A DNA stretch of 64,000 nt, taken from positions 1 to 64,000 of the forward strand of contig CAWJGT010000027.1 of the NCBI GenBank assembly GCA_963842525.1. Direction: 5' to 3'. The position numbers and the translations under genes were made by a program. Positions 38,229 through 47,968 of the stretch are shown piece by piece (the first letter of the stretch is position 1; each line of letters starts with the position of its first letter). Under the pieces are notes generated by a model, which saw nothing but the letters and a program-made list of their open reading frames with translations, made no database searches and was not told the DNA's origin. The stretch comes from an uncultured Holophagales bacterium (GTDB lineage Bacteria > Acidobacteriota > Thermoanaerobaculia > Multivoradales > UBA5704).

Positions 38229-40137
38229 TCCAGTGCTCCGCCACGAAATCCCTCCAAGCCGCCCCTGGGAGGCTGAATCGTCCATCGACTTCGACCGCGA
38301 GCCCTCGGTCAACGAGCCGGCGCAGCCGCCGCCGTTCCTGGTCGGCGAGCCCCTCCAGCGCCACCCCTTTGACGCATGTTCCCAGCAGCCGCTTCTCCTC
38401 ATCCTCAGCGCTCCGCCACCAACTGTCGTAGGCCGGCTCCAACGCCTCCCGGAGGGCGTCCGCCGCTAACTCTGGCTGTTGGCCCCGGAAGAGGGCATCC
38501 GCAATCCACTGGAGGGGATAGGGGAGCCGCCCGGCCTCCTCGAACGCCACGACCGTCTGGTCCTGTGTGAGCCCGCGGTTCAGCAGAGCCTCGGCGGCCT
38601 CTTCTTCCAGAGATCCGACCTGCAGCTTCGATGAGTCGTTGAGGAACGGCGAGGTCAGGTGATCATCCCTGAAGAGGGTATGCAGATCGGCGTGAGACGT
38701 GGAGAGCCAGGCCAGCTCCTGACGCTGACCGGCAGCCCGCAGCAGACCGAGAAAGGAGGCATCGAAGCCATGCCCCGGCGCCGCCAATGCCGCCGCTTCG
38801 TCGACCAGCAGCACCAGGGGCAATAGGCTCTCCAGCGCTTCTCCGGCGACGGCCGAAACTCGCTCCACTTTCAGGCTCCCTGCGATCGCCCGGACCAGTC
38901 CCGCAGGGGAGCGGTCTGCCAGAGCGCCGGCATCGACCCAGGCCACCGGCCATTCGGGCCGGTACTCTGCGGCATGGCGCTTCACCCACTGGAGGAGCGA
39001 GGTCTTGCCCATCCGCCGCTCGCCCAGAAGCTGCACCGGCTGGCAGCGGACCAGCGCCTGAGCGATCTGCTCCCGCTGCTGCCGGCGGCCGAAGAAGCCG
39101 GTGTCGGTGGTGATCGGGGGGCCGGCGATGAAGGGGGAAGGTCTGGAATATCCTCCCGACAGCGCCTCCAGATCTTCAACCGACAACTCGTCCAGCAGCC
39201 TGAGCCCACGCGCCAGCCGTAGCAGGAACCCGTTAGCGTCGATACCGACGTAAGGCACCACCACCGTGTCGAGGCCCGGCGCCAGACGCTCCAGATTCGT
39301 GGCGTAGCGCCCCTCGATCTCTTCCCAGTCCGGCTCATAAAAGCACCAGAGGACCTCAGTGCACTGTGCCGGGTCGATCACGATCGAGGTGATCACCTCG
39401 GAAAAGACGTCCCGCCAGCCGCCGTAGCCAAGGACCACCAGATCGGAGCGCTCGAGGAAGCGCTCCAAGCCCCGACGTAGCTGGGGCCGGGGACGGGTGA
39501 GTTGCGCCACTGTATGGGCGGTATGCCCTTCTCCCGACCAGAGGCCGTGGACATGGATAACATGGCAGCCGTCGCCGTAGCGGTCAGAGATTCGGCCATC
39601 CTCAGCCAGGAAGCTCGTGTGGCTCTGGCCTTTCGCCCGCCGGATCGCCACCTCCACCAGCGGATCGAAGTTCGTGGTGAAGACCGCCGTTCCGAAGGTG
39701 TCCGGGCAGGCGGCGATCAGCCGACCCAGCGCCTCGACCCCAGGCGGTAGCGCCCATGCCGCCGGTTCCCGTTCCAGGCGCCGGCAGGCTTCGAGGTCAC
39801 CTCCCCGGGCGGCGGCGATTACGGCCGGATCGCCATCGACGCAGGCTTCCAGCACTGCCTCCCGGACCAGCTCATCGAGCCCTCGCTGGCCGCGGTGACG
39901 CCGGTAAAGCTCCAGTGCGTCCTGATAGCCAAGCTTGGCCCCGTCTCCTTGCAGCCGGTCTGTGACCCGCCGCACGATCTCTTCGGCCCCGGGTACACCC
40001 GGCGCCCGTGCCGTTGGCGGCAGGCTGAGACCGGCTCCCACCAGGAAGACGATTCGCCGCCGATTCCGGTGGGCGTCGATGAGGCGGTTGAGCAGGACCG
40101 CTTCCGTGGCCGGTTGCAAGGACCCTCCGAGCTTCAA
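38221..40137 (-). CDS. SIR2-like domain fused to STAND-class ATPase
   Basis: FLVGAGLS, TTNFD, HVHG, VLGYG; SPFIAG..FFGR, GERRMGKTS, LLVDE. Confidence 0.88.
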   Translation of the reverse strand: MKLGGSLQPATEAVLLNRLIDAHRNRRRIVFLVGAGLSLPPTARAPGVPGAEEIVRRVTDRLQGDGAKLGYQDALELYRRHRGQRGLDELVREAVLEACVDGDPAVIAAARGGDLEACRRLEREPAAWALPPGVEALGRLIAACPDTFGTAVFTTNFDPLVEVAIRRAKGQSHTSFLAEDGRISDRYGDGCHVIHVHGLWSGEGHTAHTVAQLTRPRPQLRRGLERFLERSDLVVLGYGGWRDVFSEVITSIVIDPAQCTEVLWCFYEPDWEEIEGRYATNLERLAPGLDTVVVPYVGIDANGFLLRLARGLRLLDELSVEDLEALSGGYSRPSPFIAGPPITTDTGFFGRRQQREQIAQALVRCQPVQLLGERRMGKTSLLQWVKRHAAEYRPEWPVAWVDAGALADRSPAGLVRAIAGSLKVERVSAVAGEALESLLPLVLLVDEAAALAAPGHGFDASFLGLLRAAGQRQELAWLSTSHADLHTLFRDDHLTSPFLNDSSKLQVGSLEEEAAEALLNRGLTQDQTVVAFEEAGRLPYPLQWIADALFRGQQPELAADALREALEPAYDSWWRSAEDEEKRLLGTCVKGVALEGLADQERRRLRRLVDRGLAVEVDGRFSLPGAAWRDFVAEHWNG

Positions 40138-40285
40138 GGATGACTGGAGGAGTCTATCGAGGAAACAGGCAAGCGCGAAAGGGCGGCCGGCGACGAGCAG
40201 GGGATCGACAAGGTCTGTGGTGGCGGGAGAGGCACCGTCGGCCCTCCAAGGAGGCTGGTAGAATTGGTCTGGAGGTGAAAACTGA

Positions 40286-40509
40286 ATGGCCGAGCTTGCG
40301 GAGACGCATTACCGTGGATCCAGCAGTGTGGTGGCAGACCGTGTATCCGCGGCATGCGGATCCGTGTCAGCGATGTCCTCGATCTCCTGGCGAATGGCCT
40401 GCCTCCTGAAGAGATCGTACAAGAGCTGCCTGATCTCGAGCTGGAGGATGTTCGAGCCAGCCTGCGCTTCGCCAGTCAGCGGTTTGACCACCCGGTGCTC
40501 GTCGCTTGA
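40286..40509 (+). CDS. DUF433 antitoxin-like protein (frameshifted)
   Basis: RITVDPAV..GRPCIRGMRIRVSDVLDLLA..PDLELEDV. Confidence 0.8.
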
Positions 40510-40850
40510 TCCTCTGGATCGACGCCCAACTGGCGCCAGCTCTGGCGCCTTGGATCACAGACACCTTCGGCCTCGTGGCTTACTCGGCACGCTTTCTCAG
40601 CCTTGGGGCGGCCAAGGACCGGGAGATCTTCGTTGCGGCACGCGAGGCCTCCGCGGTTGTTCTGACCAAAGATCGCGACTTCGTGCATTTGGTGGAGCGT
40701 CTGGGACCTCCGCCTCAGGTGATCTGGATTACCTGTGGCAACACGTCCAATGAACGGATGAGGTCGATTCTCAAGGAAAAGCTGGAGGATGCCCTCCGTC
40801 TGCTCCGGCTCGGCGAATGGGTGGTCGAAATATCAGCGACATCCGCTGAA
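40506..40850 (+). CDS. DUF5615 PIN-like toxin (true end uncertain)
   Basis: WIDAQL, DREIF, LTKDRDF, WITCGN. Confidence 0.8.
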
Positions 40851-40954
40851 GCGGGCGTCACGCCCGCCTGGACTTTCAGCGACCGCGGCGTTGCCGCCAA
40901 CTCAATGCAATCCCGAGCATCGAGAGGGGCGGGCGGGACGCCCGCGCTCCCAGG
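40849..40954. repeat. REP-like inverted pair (GCGGGCGGGACGCCCGCGCTCCCAG family)
   Basis: gcgggcgtcacgcccgc ... gcgggcgggacgcccgcgctccca. Confidence 0.65.
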
Positions 40955-40967
40955 AAAAGCAGGGCGT

Positions 40968-41023
40968 CTGGCGCGGGGGACTGCCCAGGGGTTGGGGATT
41001 GCGCCGGCGGAGGTGCAGGCGCC
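40968..41023 (+). pseudogene. 56-bp diverged copy of internal tsaE segment
   Basis: 50/56 identical to 42532..42587 (LARGTAQGLGIAPAEVQAP vs LARGIAQGLGIAPGEVQSP). Confidence 0.85.
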
Positions 41024-41024
41024 T

Positions 41025-41264
41025 TCAGAGCGAAGCCAGCACATCCTCACGGCTCACGCCCTTGTGGCTTGCAACAACTTTGAGAATGCTGTGCAAGGTC
41101 CCAACCCGCAGGTTCTTGTGGGTCGGGACGGCGATTCGCTGGTGGGAAGGTTCGTCGGTCTCCAGGACCGCATGGCTGCCAACTTGATGGACGAGGTGAT
41201 ATCCCCAGCTCTGACAAAGGCCCTTGATCAGAGCTTCTCCACTGAGATCCCTAGGAAGCTTCAT
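41025..41264 (-). CDS. hicA: HicA-family mRNA interferase toxin
   Basis: MKLPRDLSG..GY..HQVGSH..VPTH..GTL. Confidence 0.88.
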   Translation of the reverse strand: MKLPRDLSGEALIKGLCQSWGYHLVHQVGSHAVLETDEPSHQRIAVPTHKNLRVGTLHSILKVVASHKGVSREDVLASL

Positions 41265-41472
41265 AGAAGCGCCAGAGAACTTCGTCCCGAACGAGATGAA
41301 GGCGAACCCCATCTGGCATCGGACGGTCGAAGTGAAAGGCCTCTACAGCTTCCTTAACGTTAGTGCGCAATTGCTCCCAGGAATCCGCTTGAGTGAAGAT
41401 GCTCTCGGTCAAACACTCGGCGACGAAGCCGCCGTCCTCCTCCTGGGTCACCTCAAAGATCAGCTCGCTCAT
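41251..41472 (-). CDS. hicB: HicB-like antitoxin
   Basis: FEVTQEEDGGFVAE..IFTQADSWEQLRTNVKEAV. Confidence 0.8.
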   Translation of the reverse strand: MSELIFEVTQEEDGGFVAECLTESIFTQADSWEQLRTNVKEAVEAFHFDRPMPDGVRLHLVRDEVLWRFYEAS

Positions 41473-41669
41473 GGGATCAAGACTAGCAAAGGTGAGGCCG
41501 CCTGGGGGCCACCCGCGACCTCTTCTTCATGTAGGATGCGTTCAATTTCCTCGTTGCTCAGTGACAGCAGTGGCTGGCCTGTCGCCTTGCGCGCTACAGG
41601 GGGCGGGCTGCGATGACGCCCGGTCACTTGGCGGATCATCTCATCCGGTAGGTCGATCGTCGTCCCCAT
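41469..41669 (-). CDS. Small antitoxin-like protein (possibly a remnant)
   Basis: TTIDLPDE N-terminus typical of RHH/VapB antitoxins. Confidence 0.45.
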   Translation of the reverse strand: MGTTIDLPDEMIRQVTGRHRSPPPVARKATGQPLLSLSNEEIERILHEEEVAGGPQAASPLLVLIP

Positions 41670-41717
41670 GACAGTATTTTTATGGATTTGTGCGAAGAGG
41701 TCAATGCTGCTCCGGGC

Positions 41718-41759
41718 CTATTCGGCCGCCCCGATCTCCCGGATCCAACGGGCAAACAG
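41718..41759 (-). pseudogene. 42-bp copy of the 3' end of the STAND ATPase gene including stop
   Basis: 39/42 identical to 35898..35939 (LFARWIREIGAAE* vs LFARWIREIGAAG*). Confidence 0.85.
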
Positions 41760-41823
41760 TAGAGATTGGAGGTGCGGAAGCTCCTTGGTATGATGCCTCT
41801 GGTCGTTCCGGAGAGGATCATGA

Positions 41824-42021
41824 ATGCTCTATAAGCTCCCGCTGGTATTGGCCCCTCAGCCTGAAGGCGGTTTTACAGTGACCTCGCCCGTGCTTCCGGA
41901 GCTGGTGACCGAGGGCGACACGGTGAGCGAAGCCCTGGCGAATGCCCAGGACGCTCTCGCTGCCGTGATTGAGACCTACCAGGACCTCGGCCGCTCTCTG
42001 CCTTCCATGTCTCTCCGCTGA
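41824..42021 (+). CDS. hicB: HicB-family antitoxin (orphan)
   Basis: PQPEGGFTVTSPVLPELVTEGDTVSEALAN. Confidence 0.85.
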   Translation: MLYKLPLVLAPQPEGGFTVTSPVLPELVTEGDTVSEALANAQDALAAVIETYQDLGRSLPSMSLR

Positions 42022-42049
42022 TCGCCCCGGGTTGACACCAGGCCGGGGA

Positions 42050-42298
42050 GCGCCCCGTTCACGGGGCGCTGGCACATAGCCCCGGGTTTCAAACCCGGGG
42101 TGCGGAGGCCCCCAACCCATTCCTGTGCCCCTTCAGGGGCAATGGCATGGGTGGAGGGGAAGCCGGCGGTGCTCTGGCGGTGGCGGGCCGGTTCGCCACC
42201 TCCCGTGCCTATGCCCCTGAAGGGGCTCGAAAACGAAATCTGGCCTCGCAACCCCGGGTTGAAACCCGGGGCTAGGTGCCGGCGCCCACGAGGGGCGC
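42050..42298. repeat. REPIN-like inverted doublet (GCCCCGGGTTTCAAACCCGGGG)
   Basis: Palindromes at 42077-42100 and 42252-42274 in inverted orientation with nested GCCCC..GGGGC hairpins. Confidence 0.8.
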
Positions 42299-42402
42299 TT
42301 CCCCCAGGCCCCCGGACGAGATGCAACGGTATGGTTTGAACCCAGGGCCTCCCACCCGACCCAGCTCCGGCAACCGTCAGGACACGATAAGCTCTCCTCT
42401 CG

Positions 42403-42855
42403 ATGCAAGGCCGCCGCTGGCAAAGCGCGAGTGAAGCCGAGACCCAGGCCCTCGGCGCCGACATCGCCCGTGAGCTTGCCCCCGACGGCGTCCTGCTCCT
42501 GTCGGGGGACCTGGGAGCCGGCAAGACCGTGCTGGCGCGGGGGATCGCCCAGGGGCTGGGGATCGCGCCGGGGGAGGTGCAGTCGCCGACCTTCACCTTG
42601 ATCCGGGAGCACCAGGGGAGCGGCGGCCGGCTGGTCCATGTGGACCTCTACCGACTGGCGCCGGAGGAGGTGCCGGGGCTGGGATTGGAGGAGATGCTGG
42701 CCGGGCCAGGGGTGAAAGTGGTGGAATGGGCGGAGCGGTTGCCGTTTCCGGTGCCGGGGGCGCTGGCCCTGCGGCTCGCGCGGCTGCCGGAGGGCGGGCG
42801 GGAGGTCGTCGAGATGGATTCCGAAATCAGAGATACCCAAGGAGGGTTTTCATGA
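42403..42855 (+). CDS. tsaE: tRNA threonylcarbamoyladenosine biosynthesis ATPase
   Basis: GDLGAGKT, VQSPTFTL, HVDLYRL, VEWAER. Confidence 0.95.
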   Translation: MQGRRWQSASEAETQALGADIARELAPDGVLLLSGDLGAGKTVLARGIAQGLGIAPGEVQSPTFTLIREHQGSGGRLVHVDLYRLAPEEVPGLGLEEMLAGPGVKVVEWAERLPFPVPGALALRLARLPEGGREVVEMDSEIRDTQGGFS

Positions 42856-43709
42856 AGATCAAGAAGGTGGGTGTCCTCGGCTGCGGCCTGATGGGGTCCG
42901 GCATCGCCGAGGTGGCGGCGCGCGCCGGTCATGAGACGGTGGTGCGCGAGGTGACCCAGGAGCTGGTGGACAAGGGGCTCCAGAAGATCCAGGGGTCGCT
43001 CGGCAAGGCGGTGGAGAAGGGCAAGCTCGAAGCCGGAGCACGCGACGAGGCGCTCTCCCGCCTCTCCGGGACCGTGGCGCTCGACGACCTGGCCGACTGC
43101 GACCTGGTGGTCGAGGCCATCGTCGAGAACCTGGACGAGAAGCGGAAGACCTTCTCGGCCCTCGACCAGGCGGTAAAGCCGGAGGCGATCTTCGCCAGCA
43201 ACACGTCGTCGCTGACCATCACCCAGATCGCCATGTTCACCCGCCGCCCGGACAAGTTCGTGGGGCTCCACTTCTTCAACCCGGTGCCGGTGATGAAGCT
43301 GGTCGAGGTGGTGCGCACGCTGCTGACGTCGGACGAGACGTTCCAGACGGTGTTCGACTTCGCGAAGGCGGCCGGCAAGGAGCCGATCGCCTGCCGCGAC
43401 AACTCGGGCTTTGTAGTCAACCGGCTGCTGGTCCCGTACCTGCTGGACGCGATCCGCGCCCTGGAGGAGGGTGTGGCAAGCGTCGAGGACATCGACAAGG
43501 GGATGCAGCTCGGCTGCGGCTATCCCATGGGCCCGTTCACGCTCCTCGACTTCGTGGGCCTGGACACCACGTACTACATTGCGAACATCATGTTCGACGA
43601 GTACCGGGAGAAGCGGTTCGCGCCGCCGCCGCTGCTCAAGCAGATGGTGCTGGCCGGCCGGCTGGGCAAGAAGAGCGGCCGAGGGTTTTACGAGTACAGC
43701 AAGAAGTAG
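42852..43709 (+). CDS. 3-hydroxybutyryl/3-hydroxyacyl-CoA dehydrogenase
   Basis: GCGLMGSGIA, VEAIVEN, SNTSS, HFFNP, PMGP. Confidence 0.93.
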   Translation: MKIKKVGVLGCGLMGSGIAEVAARAGHETVVREVTQELVDKGLQKIQGSLGKAVEKGKLEAGARDEALSRLSGTVALDDLADCDLVVEAIVENLDEKRKTFSALDQAVKPEAIFASNTSSLTITQIAMFTRRPDKFVGLHFFNPVPVMKLVEVVRTLLTSDETFQTVFDFAKAAGKEPIACRDNSGFVVNRLLVPYLLDAIRALEEGVASVEDIDKGMQLGCGYPMGPFTLLDFVGLDTTYYIANIMFDEYREKRFAPPPLLKQMVLAGRLGKKSGRGFYEYSKK

Positions 43710-43744
43710 GCGCGGGCCCGGTTGGTCCAGCCATGGCCAAACCG

Positions 43745-43864
43745 CCTCCTGTAGGGGCAACCCTTGTGGTTGCCCTGCACCGCCTGCCTCTGCGGTGGGA
43801 AAATGCGCAGCGGCCGCCGCGTGGCAAGACCGCGGGCAACCACAAGGGTTGCCCCTACAGGAGG
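43745..43864. repeat. GTAG-family REP inverted doublet
   Basis: GTAGGGGCAACCCTTGTGGTTGCCC ... GGGCAACCACAAGGGTTGCCCCTAC. Confidence 0.88.
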
Positions 43865-44014
43865 GGATCGGCGGCGCGAACGCCCTCACGCGAGAGGGGG
43901 CCGTCTCTGCTACACTCTGACCCTCGGGCGGCGCCGCTCTGCGGCGTCCTCCCTCTCAACTGACATGGAACCGCAGCGGCCAGACGCCTTTCGCACCGCG
44001 AGAACCCATCCAAG

Positions 44015-45034
44015 ATGGCACAAGTGACTCTTGCCGAGGAGGGGCTCGACACCCTCTTCGGCACGCATGACGAGAACCTGCGGCGGATCGAGCGCACCTT
44101 CGAAGTGAGCCTGAGCGCCCGGGGCAGCGAAGTGAACATCCAGGGCGAGCCCGATCGGGTGCAGGCCGTGGAGCGCCTGCTGCACGAGCTGAACGCGGTC
44201 ACCGAGAAGGGGTACCGCTTCCGGGCGGGAGAGGTGCCGACCGCGATCCGCGTGGCCGCCGAGTCGCCCGAGACCCCGCTGGTGGAGTTCTTCCTGCCGG
44301 AGGGGATGCTGGCCTCGGTACGGCGGCTGGTCCAGCCGCGCAGCTTCCGGCAGCAGCTCTATCTGAAGTCGATGATCGACCATGACATCGTCATCTCGAT
44401 CGGCCCGGCCGGGACCGGCAAGACCTTCCTGGCCGTGGCCATGGCCGCCGCCGCCCTGCAGGAGAAGCGGGTCAAGCGCATCATCCTGGCCCGTCCGGCG
44501 GTCGAGGCGGGCGAGAAGCTGGGGTTCCTCCCCGGCGACCTCGCGGAGAAGGTCAACCCCTATCTGAGGCCGCTCTACGACTCCCTGCACGACATCATCG
44601 GTTATGAGAAGGTCGGGCGGATGATCGAGCGCGGCATCATCGAGGTGGCACCCATCGCGTTCATGCGCGGGCGCACCCTGAACGACAGCTTCATCATCGT
44701 CGACGAGGCCCAGAACACCACCACCGAGCAGATGAAGATGGTCCTCACCCGCATCGGCTTCAACTCCAAGGCGGTCATCAACGGGGACGTCACCCAGGTC
44801 GACCTGCCGCAGGGGCGGATGTCCGGCCTGCGCGAGACCCAGGAGGTCCTGGCCGGGGTCGAGGGGATCAAGTTCTTCTATTTCGACCAGAGCGACGTCG
44901 TGCGCCACCCCCTGGTGCAGAAAGTCGTGACCGCCTATGACCGCTTCGACCGCAGGAAGGACGAGCGGGAAGGCGGAAAACGGCGCGCGGACGTGCCATC
45001 CGGGGTGGAATCCGGGAGGACGGCTCCCGAGTGA
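44015..45034 (+). CDS. phoH: PhoH-family ATPase (YbeZ-like)
   Basis: [28 protein letters not shown]. Confidence 0.95.
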   Translation: MAQVTLAEEGLDTLFGTHDENLRRIERTFEVSLSARGSEVNIQGEPDRVQAVERLLHELNAVTEKGYRFRAGEVPTAIRVAAESPETPLVEFFLPEGMLASVRRLVQPRSFRQQLYLKSMIDHDIVISIGPAGTGKTFLAVAMAAAALQEKRVKRIILARPAVEAGEKLGFLPGDLAEKVNPYLRPLYDSLHDIIGYEKVGRMIERGIIEVAPIAFMRGRTLNDSFIIVDEAQNTTTEQMKMVLTRIGFNSKAVINGDVTQVDLPQGRMSGLRETQEVLAGVEGIKFFYFDQSDVVRHPLVQKVVTAYDRFDRRKDEREGGKRRADVPSGVESGRTAPE

Positions 45035-47499
45035 GCGATTCCGCGCGCCGGCCCGCGGCGCGCCCAGGAGGGGACATGGCTCCGGCCTCAGGTCAACCTG
45101 TGACTCCTCAATCCACGGCTCCCCAGAAGCCCCGGCCGTCCCGTCTGGAGCTGATCAGCACCGGCACCCTCAACCTGCGCAAACGCGTGCGCGCCGTCGA
45201 TCTCTGGTCCCATGCGCTGGAGATGCCGGCCCTCTGGATCGGGCTGCTGCTGATCCTGGGCACCTGGAGCCTGGCCCCGGGCGCGTTCCTGTTCTTTCCC
45301 CGCGCCGTCCCCAATGCCATCGCCGAGCGCGACTACGTCGCCACCCGCGACCTGCTGCTGCTCGACGAGCCGGCGACGCAGGACCGCCAGACCCGGACGC
45401 GCGACGAGGTCCTGGAGGTGTACGACTTCGATCCCGGTGTGGCGGCCGAGCACGAGGCCGAGATCGGCCGTCTCTTCAGCCGCGGGCGCAAGCTCCTCGC
45501 CCGGGAGGCCGAAGGGGACCCCGCCCAGAGCGCCGACGCGCAGCGCCAGGAGGTGGTGCAGGAGCTGCTCGGCCGGAAGCCCCAGCCGGAGGGCTTCCGC
45601 GCCACCGCGGAGCAACTCGACCTGCTGGTGCGCCGCAAGCTCTCGCCGGACCTCGAAGACCGCCTGCGGGGCGTCCTCGTCCAGGCGCTGCGCCGCAGCG
45701 TGGTCGGCAACAAGACCATGCTGCTGGAGAACCGGATGCGCGGCATCAGCCTGCGCAACCTGGGGACGGGCAGCGAGCGGGTGCAACTCGACCTCTTCGG
45801 CCCCCTCGGTTATCCCGACGAGGCGCGCGAATTCCTGGAGTCCGAGGTACGCGGCTGGAGCGGCTACACGGCGGCCGAGCGCGGTCTCCTGGTCGACCTG
45901 CTGCTCCAGAACCTGCCGCCCAACCTGCTGCCCAACCGCAGCGAGACCCTGGCGCGGCGCGACACCGCGGCGGCCGGCGCCGGGCAGGTGCTCAACCGCA
46001 TCCGCAAGGGGCAGGTGATCGTCCGCAAGGGGGACATCATCGACGAGGCGGACGCGCGGGCCATCGCCCAGATGCGGGGGGAGCGCCGGCTCCGGCTCCT
46101 CATCCCGCCGCTGACGGCGACCCTGGTGCTGCTCGTCCTGGCCGCGGTCGTGCTCGGCCTGGGGCTCAAGCGCGAGCGGGTGGCCGACCATACGCCGCGC
46201 CGGCTCCTCGGCGAGAGCCTGCTGATGCTCCTGCTCTCGATTCTGGGAGCCAAGTTCTTCTTCCTCATCGCCGGAGCGCTCTCCAGCGTGTTTGAGGCAT
46301 CACCGCTCAATTCGGCCCGGAGCTGGGCCTATGCCACCCCGTTCGCCGCCCTGGCCCTCCTGGCCGCCCTGCTCCTGGGGCGCCAGAGCGCGCTGCTGCT
46401 GTCCATTCTTTTTTCCATTTTGGCGAGCCGCCTGGCGGTCGAGGGGGACAACCTCTGGGTGGTCTTCTACAGCTTCGCCGGGTCGGCGGCGGCGATCTTC
46501 GCCCTCGACCGCTACCAGTTCCGGCAGCGCCTGGTCATTGCGCGCGCCGGCATGGTGGTCGGCCTGGTCAACGTCGTGCTGGCCCTGATTCTATCTGCCT
46601 TGGGCGGTCCGGCCGACCGGGGGTGGATGCAGATCGGGTTCGACGTGCTCTGCGCCTTCGCCGGCGGCCTCCTGGTCACCGCCGCGGTGAGCTTCGCGGT
46701 GCCGATCCTGGAGTCGCTCCTCGGCATCACCACGGACATCAAGCTGGTGGAGCTGTCGAACACCAACCTGCCGTTGCTGCGGCGCCTCGCCTTCGAGGCC
46801 CCGGGGACCTTTCAGCACTCGCTGATGGTGGCCAACCTGGCCAAGGAGGGATGCGAGGCGATCGGCGCCGATCCGGTGCTCGCCTATGCCGCGGGCCTCT
46901 ACCACGACGTGGGCAAGGTGCTGCGGCCCAACTACTTCATCGAGAACCAGCGGCCGGGCGACAACCCGCATGACAAGCTGGTCCCCTCGATGAGCGCGCT
47001 GGTGCTGACCAACCACGTCAAGGACGGCCTGGAGCTCGCCCGCGACCACGACCTGCCGCGGGTGATCCGCGACGCGATCGCGCAGCACCACGGCACGCGG
47101 CTGATGAAGTACTTCTACAACAGGGCTTTGGAGCAGCGGGGGCCGGAAGTTGGGGAGGTGGCGGAGGAGAAGTACCGCTATCCCGGCCCCAAGCCCCAGA
47201 ACAAGGTGATGGGCATCCTCATGCTGGCCGATGCCATCGAGGCGGCCAGCCGGACGTTGACCGAGCCCACGCCGCTCAAGATCCGCGGTCTGATCCGTAC
47301 CATCGTCGACGCCTGCCTGGAAGAAGGCCAGCTCGACCAGACGGATCTGACCCTCTCCGACGTCAACCTGGTCTCCGAGGCATTCCTGCGGGTGCTCGCC
47401 AACATCTTCCACCAGCGGATAGACTACCCGGGCTTCGACTTCAACACCGGGGTGTTCCGCCGCGAGAAGCGGTCCCTGGATGCCGCCCGAGCCTCGTGA
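45031..47499 (+). CDS. 7TM-HD phosphohydrolase (PgpH-like)
   Basis: 7TM region; APGTFQHS, YHDVGK, HHGT, YPGPKP, LADAIEA. Confidence 0.92.
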   Translation: MSDSARRPAARPGGDMAPASGQPVTPQSTAPQKPRPSRLELISTGTLNLRKRVRAVDLWSHALEMPALWIGLLLILGTWSLAPGAFLFFPRAVPNAIAERDYVATRDLLLLDEPATQDRQTRTRDEVLEVYDFDPGVAAEHEAEIGRLFSRGRKLLAREAEGDPAQSADAQRQEVVQELLGRKPQPEGFRATAEQLDLLVRRKLSPDLEDRLRGVLVQALRRSVVGNKTMLLENRMRGISLRNLGTGSERVQLDLFGPLGYPDEAREFLESEVRGWSGYTAAERGLLVDLLLQNLPPNLLPNRSETLARRDTAAAGAGQVLNRIRKGQVIVRKGDIIDEADARAIAQMRGERRLRLLIPPLTATLVLLVLAAVVLGLGLKRERVADHTPRRLLGESLLMLLLSILGAKFFFLIAGALSSVFEASPLNSARSWAYATPFAALALLAALLLGRQSALLLSILFSILASRLAVEGDNLWVVFYSFAGSAAAIFALDRYQFRQRLVIARAGMVVGLVNVVLALILSALGGPADRGWMQIGFDVLCAFAGGLLVTAAVSFAVPILESLLGITTDIKLVELSNTNLPLLRRLAFEAPGTFQHSLMVANLAKEGCEAIGADPVLAYAAGLYHDVGKVLRPNYFIENQRPGDNPHDKLVPSMSALVLTNHVKDGLELARDHDLPRVIRDAIAQHHGTRLMKYFYNRALEQRGPEVGEVAEEKYRYPGPKPQNKVMGILMLADAIEAASRTLTEPTPLKIRGLIRTIVDACLEEGQLDQTDLTLSDVNLVSEAFLRVLANIFHQRIDYPGFDFNTGVFRREKRSLDAARAS

Positions 47500-47509
47500 T
47501 ACCGCCCGG

Positions 47510-47968
47510 ATGAGAGAGCCCGACCGATCCCCAGCGGGCGATCGCGAGATCGTCCTCCAGAACCCGAACCGCTACCCCGAGGCGCAGGCCCGGCGTCTGC
47601 GCCCGTGGCTGGAGCGGCTCGTGGCCGACCTGGCGCCGCAGGCAGAGAGCCTGGGCGTCCGTTTCGCCGGCGACCGGGAGGTCAGGAAGTGGAACCGTGA
47701 GCTGCGCGGCAAGGACCGGCCGACCGACGTCCTCTCGTTCCCGGGCGATTCCGAAGACACCGGGCACCTGGGGGACATCCTGATCTCCGTGCCGGTGGCG
47801 CGGCGGCAGGCGGCGGAGGCCGGCCACGATGTGGACCGGGAGCTCCAGGTCCTCCTCCTCCACGGCCTCCTGCACTGCCTGGGTTACGATCACGAGGCCG
47901 ACCAGGGCGAGATGGAGCGCCTCGAACGGCGGCTGCGCCGCACATGGATCTTCAACCGTGAACAGTGA
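47510..47968 (+). CDS. ybeY: rRNA maturation endoribonuclease
   Basis: PTDVLSFP, HGLLHCLGYDH. Confidence 0.95.
   Translation: MREPDRSPAGDREIVLQNPNRYPEAQARRLRPWLERLVADLAPQAESLGVRFAGDREVRKWNRELRGKDRPTDVLSFPGDSEDTGHLGDILISVPVARRQAAEAGHDVDRELQVLLLHGLLHCLGYDHEADQGEMERLERRLRRTWIFNREQ

Noticed and set aside
40850-41357. C-terminal extension of the DUF5615 protein to 283 aa
   Set aside because: Reads through a REP, the tsaE fragment and antisense hicA
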